Assembly (NCBI GenBank): GCA_001643675.2 | Contig: LSRY02000009.1 | Location: forward strand, 496,001-560,000 | Source of the DNA: Monocercomonoides exilis PA203 | Taxonomy: Eukaryota > Protista > Preaxostyla | Direction of reading: 5' to 3' | Length of the DNA stretch: 64,000 bases | In this document: in pieces, positions 61,931-64,000 of the stretch | Numbering within the stretch: position 1 is the first letter of the stretch | Layout: every line of letters starts with the position of its first letter | The notes under the pieces: model-generated | The model's database searches: none | The model's input: only the letters and a program-made list of their open reading frames with translations | What the model was told of the DNA's origin: nothing | Position numbers and translations under genes: made by a program

Positions 61931-63231
61931 ATGTTTAATAGGGATGCCCCCTCTAATAGCCAAATAAAAGAATTAACACAAAACGAGCAACTTGATCCAT
62001 ATAACGTTTTTGTCAAATATCTTCCAAGTCACATAGATGACGCAAAGCTTCACTTAATGTTTTCTCCATACGGATCAATTGAATCAGCAAAAGTCATGGT
62101 TTTATACCTTTTTTTCTTGTTATTTTCTATTTCTTTATTAATTTAAATCAGATTGGAAGAAGTACAGGGGAAAGCTTGGGAATTGGATTTGTTCGATTCT
62201 CAAAGCCAGAAGAAGCACAAGCGGCAATTAAGGCTTGGGATAGGAAGCAATTTGACGGGAAAACATTACTCGTGAGGCTTTCAAATGTGATAAAAGAACC
62301 AGAACCTGATCCTCCAAACATAAATCTTTACATCAAGCCATTGAGCTTTACAACAACGGAAGGTTTTTCCTTTTATTTTTCACAAAGAATTTTATTTTTT
62401 TTAATTAAATTTTGAATGAACATTTTGAAATTAATCAAAGATGATCTATACAAGCTTTTTCAGCCTTATGGAAAAGTTGCAGATGTTAAAATCATGGTAG
62501 ACCCTGTGACCCAAAGGAGCAGGCAAATCGGATTCGTTCGATTTGCTCGTATTGAAGATGCGATTATTGCTCGAAAATCTGTGGACGGCTCACATCTTGG
62601 GCCTCTTTCTCCTCAACTGACCGTTCGCTTTGCGGAGACAAAAGCCAAAAAATTAGAGCGAATCAAACTGAAGCCAGAAAAGACGGACGGAACAGAAGAC
62701 TCCGTCCAAATGCTGCTGGCATCTGTCTCTCACCAGCGAAAGACGTCTAATTTGAAGTATTCAGACGCCCAGCCTCAAACTTCGCAACAGCAACAGCAAC
62801 AGCAGCAGCATCATCAGCGCCAGTCGAGTCTCCACCCCTTCCGCCGCAATCATCACATCAGCTCGTCCATCTCCCCTTCTTCTTCTTCTTCCACCTCCTC
62901 ATCCTCCTCCTCCTCCTCATCATCATCTTCTTCCTCTTCTTCTGTCTCTAAGCATCAGTTAGTTGATGACTCTGCCTCTCGAAACGGAGCTGCGTCGCAT
63001 AAAAGCCAGTCTTTTTCTCCATCTCCGGCGTTTGCGTCGGCTTCGGCGTCTGTTTCACACAGAACACATCTTCTTTCACAGGAGTGGAGAGAGAAAGGGA
63101 AGGTGGAGGCAGCTAACAGGCAGAGAGAGAAAACAATTGATTCTTCTTATTCTTCCTCTTCTTCCTCCTCTTCTTTGGGAATGCCTGCTGTGCTGAGTGG
63201 AGTTAAAGCAACAGCTTCTGCTTCAGCTTAA
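61931..63231 (+). CDS. Two-RRM RNA-binding protein (ELAV/Sxl-like RRM pair) with Ser/Gln-rich tail; introns 62099-62151 and 62363-62440; may extend past the TAA to the window end
   Basis: RNP2 NVFVKYLP and NLYIKPL; RNP1 LGIGFVRF and RQIGFVRF; VRFA motif; the GT-AG introns keep the frame. Confidence 0.88.
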
Positions 63232-64000
63232 TTGTCACCCTTGTCAACATTTTTGCCTCTTCCACCACCTCCTCCATTTACGGCTTCTTCTTCTTCTTCA
63301 CTTTCTTCAACTTGTATTTCAATGAATTCTTCCCCTCCGAATTCCATTCTGCAAACAGCAATGAACTACAATCATCAGCATAGCCATCAAAACAGCCTTT
63401 CTGAACACAAAAAGCAGAAAGAACCGAAAGAGCTGAAAGAAACATCCAGTTCAATGCCAGCTGCTTTGGCTGTTTTAGACACAACTCGGACATTTTATGA
63501 CGGTTATTCCTATGTGAATAGCAATGCTGGTCATAGTGCTGATGGTGATGCTCGTACAAATGATAAATCAAATTTCAGTGCCAACGGCACAATCAATGCT
63601 GTTTCTGGTGCTCTTCAAAGCACAAGGCGTTCACTCCCTCTTCCTCCTCCTCCACCACCACCGACTTTTCGAACATCTTCAAATGTCCCATATAAATTAA
63701 ATTCTGCTGCAAACCCATCACATTTTTATTTGCCGGCAAATTCGAAATATACATCTTTATCCCAAACTTTGCCGGCATATCCTGTAAGTGCCGGAATTAT
63801 TCCTACAAATGCTTCTTATACTTCGAATGATTCATTTTCATCATCATCATCACCTTCTTCTTCTTCTTCAACATCTTCGTCCTCTTCTTTGTCTCTTGAT
63901 CGTTTGCAGCCTTTCAGTCGCATCAATTCCGATAGCACGTATCAAATCTCTGATCCCTCAGTTTTATTCTCATCTTCCTCAAAGAACAAAGAAAGCAACT

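Overview
AT-rich eukaryotic DNA with short GT-AG introns and the standard genetic code. The gene families (giant beta-helix/Cys-module membrane proteins, the 'YHQEHHNLTRLAYQSAW' family) resemble those of the oxymonad Monocercomonoides; this assignment is inference. Apparently intact genes: two large type-I surface proteins, tRNA-His and tRNA-Ile, a secreted Cys-rich orphan, a Cdc20/Cdh1-type WD40 protein with an 18-nt microexon, one orphan-family paralog, proteasome Rpn5 and a two-RRM protein. The rest is dense with DNA transposons and pseudogenes. Main finding: a 4.4-kb hAT-type unit (4391-8790; 16-bp TIRs, perfect 8-bp TSD TTTGAAAG) whose transposase core appears replaced by about 2.8 kb of captured host-like sequence (a Pack-hAT). 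A frameshifted transposase-coding element with related ends lies at 41-44.6 kb. Also present: an intact DD35D pogo element in one arm of a foldback repeat whose other arm keeps the empty site, a 257-bp ATTT-targeting MITE family (one copy disrupts a gene), and exact inverted identity tracts (629 and 1171 bp) between otherwise diverged receptor pseudogenes.
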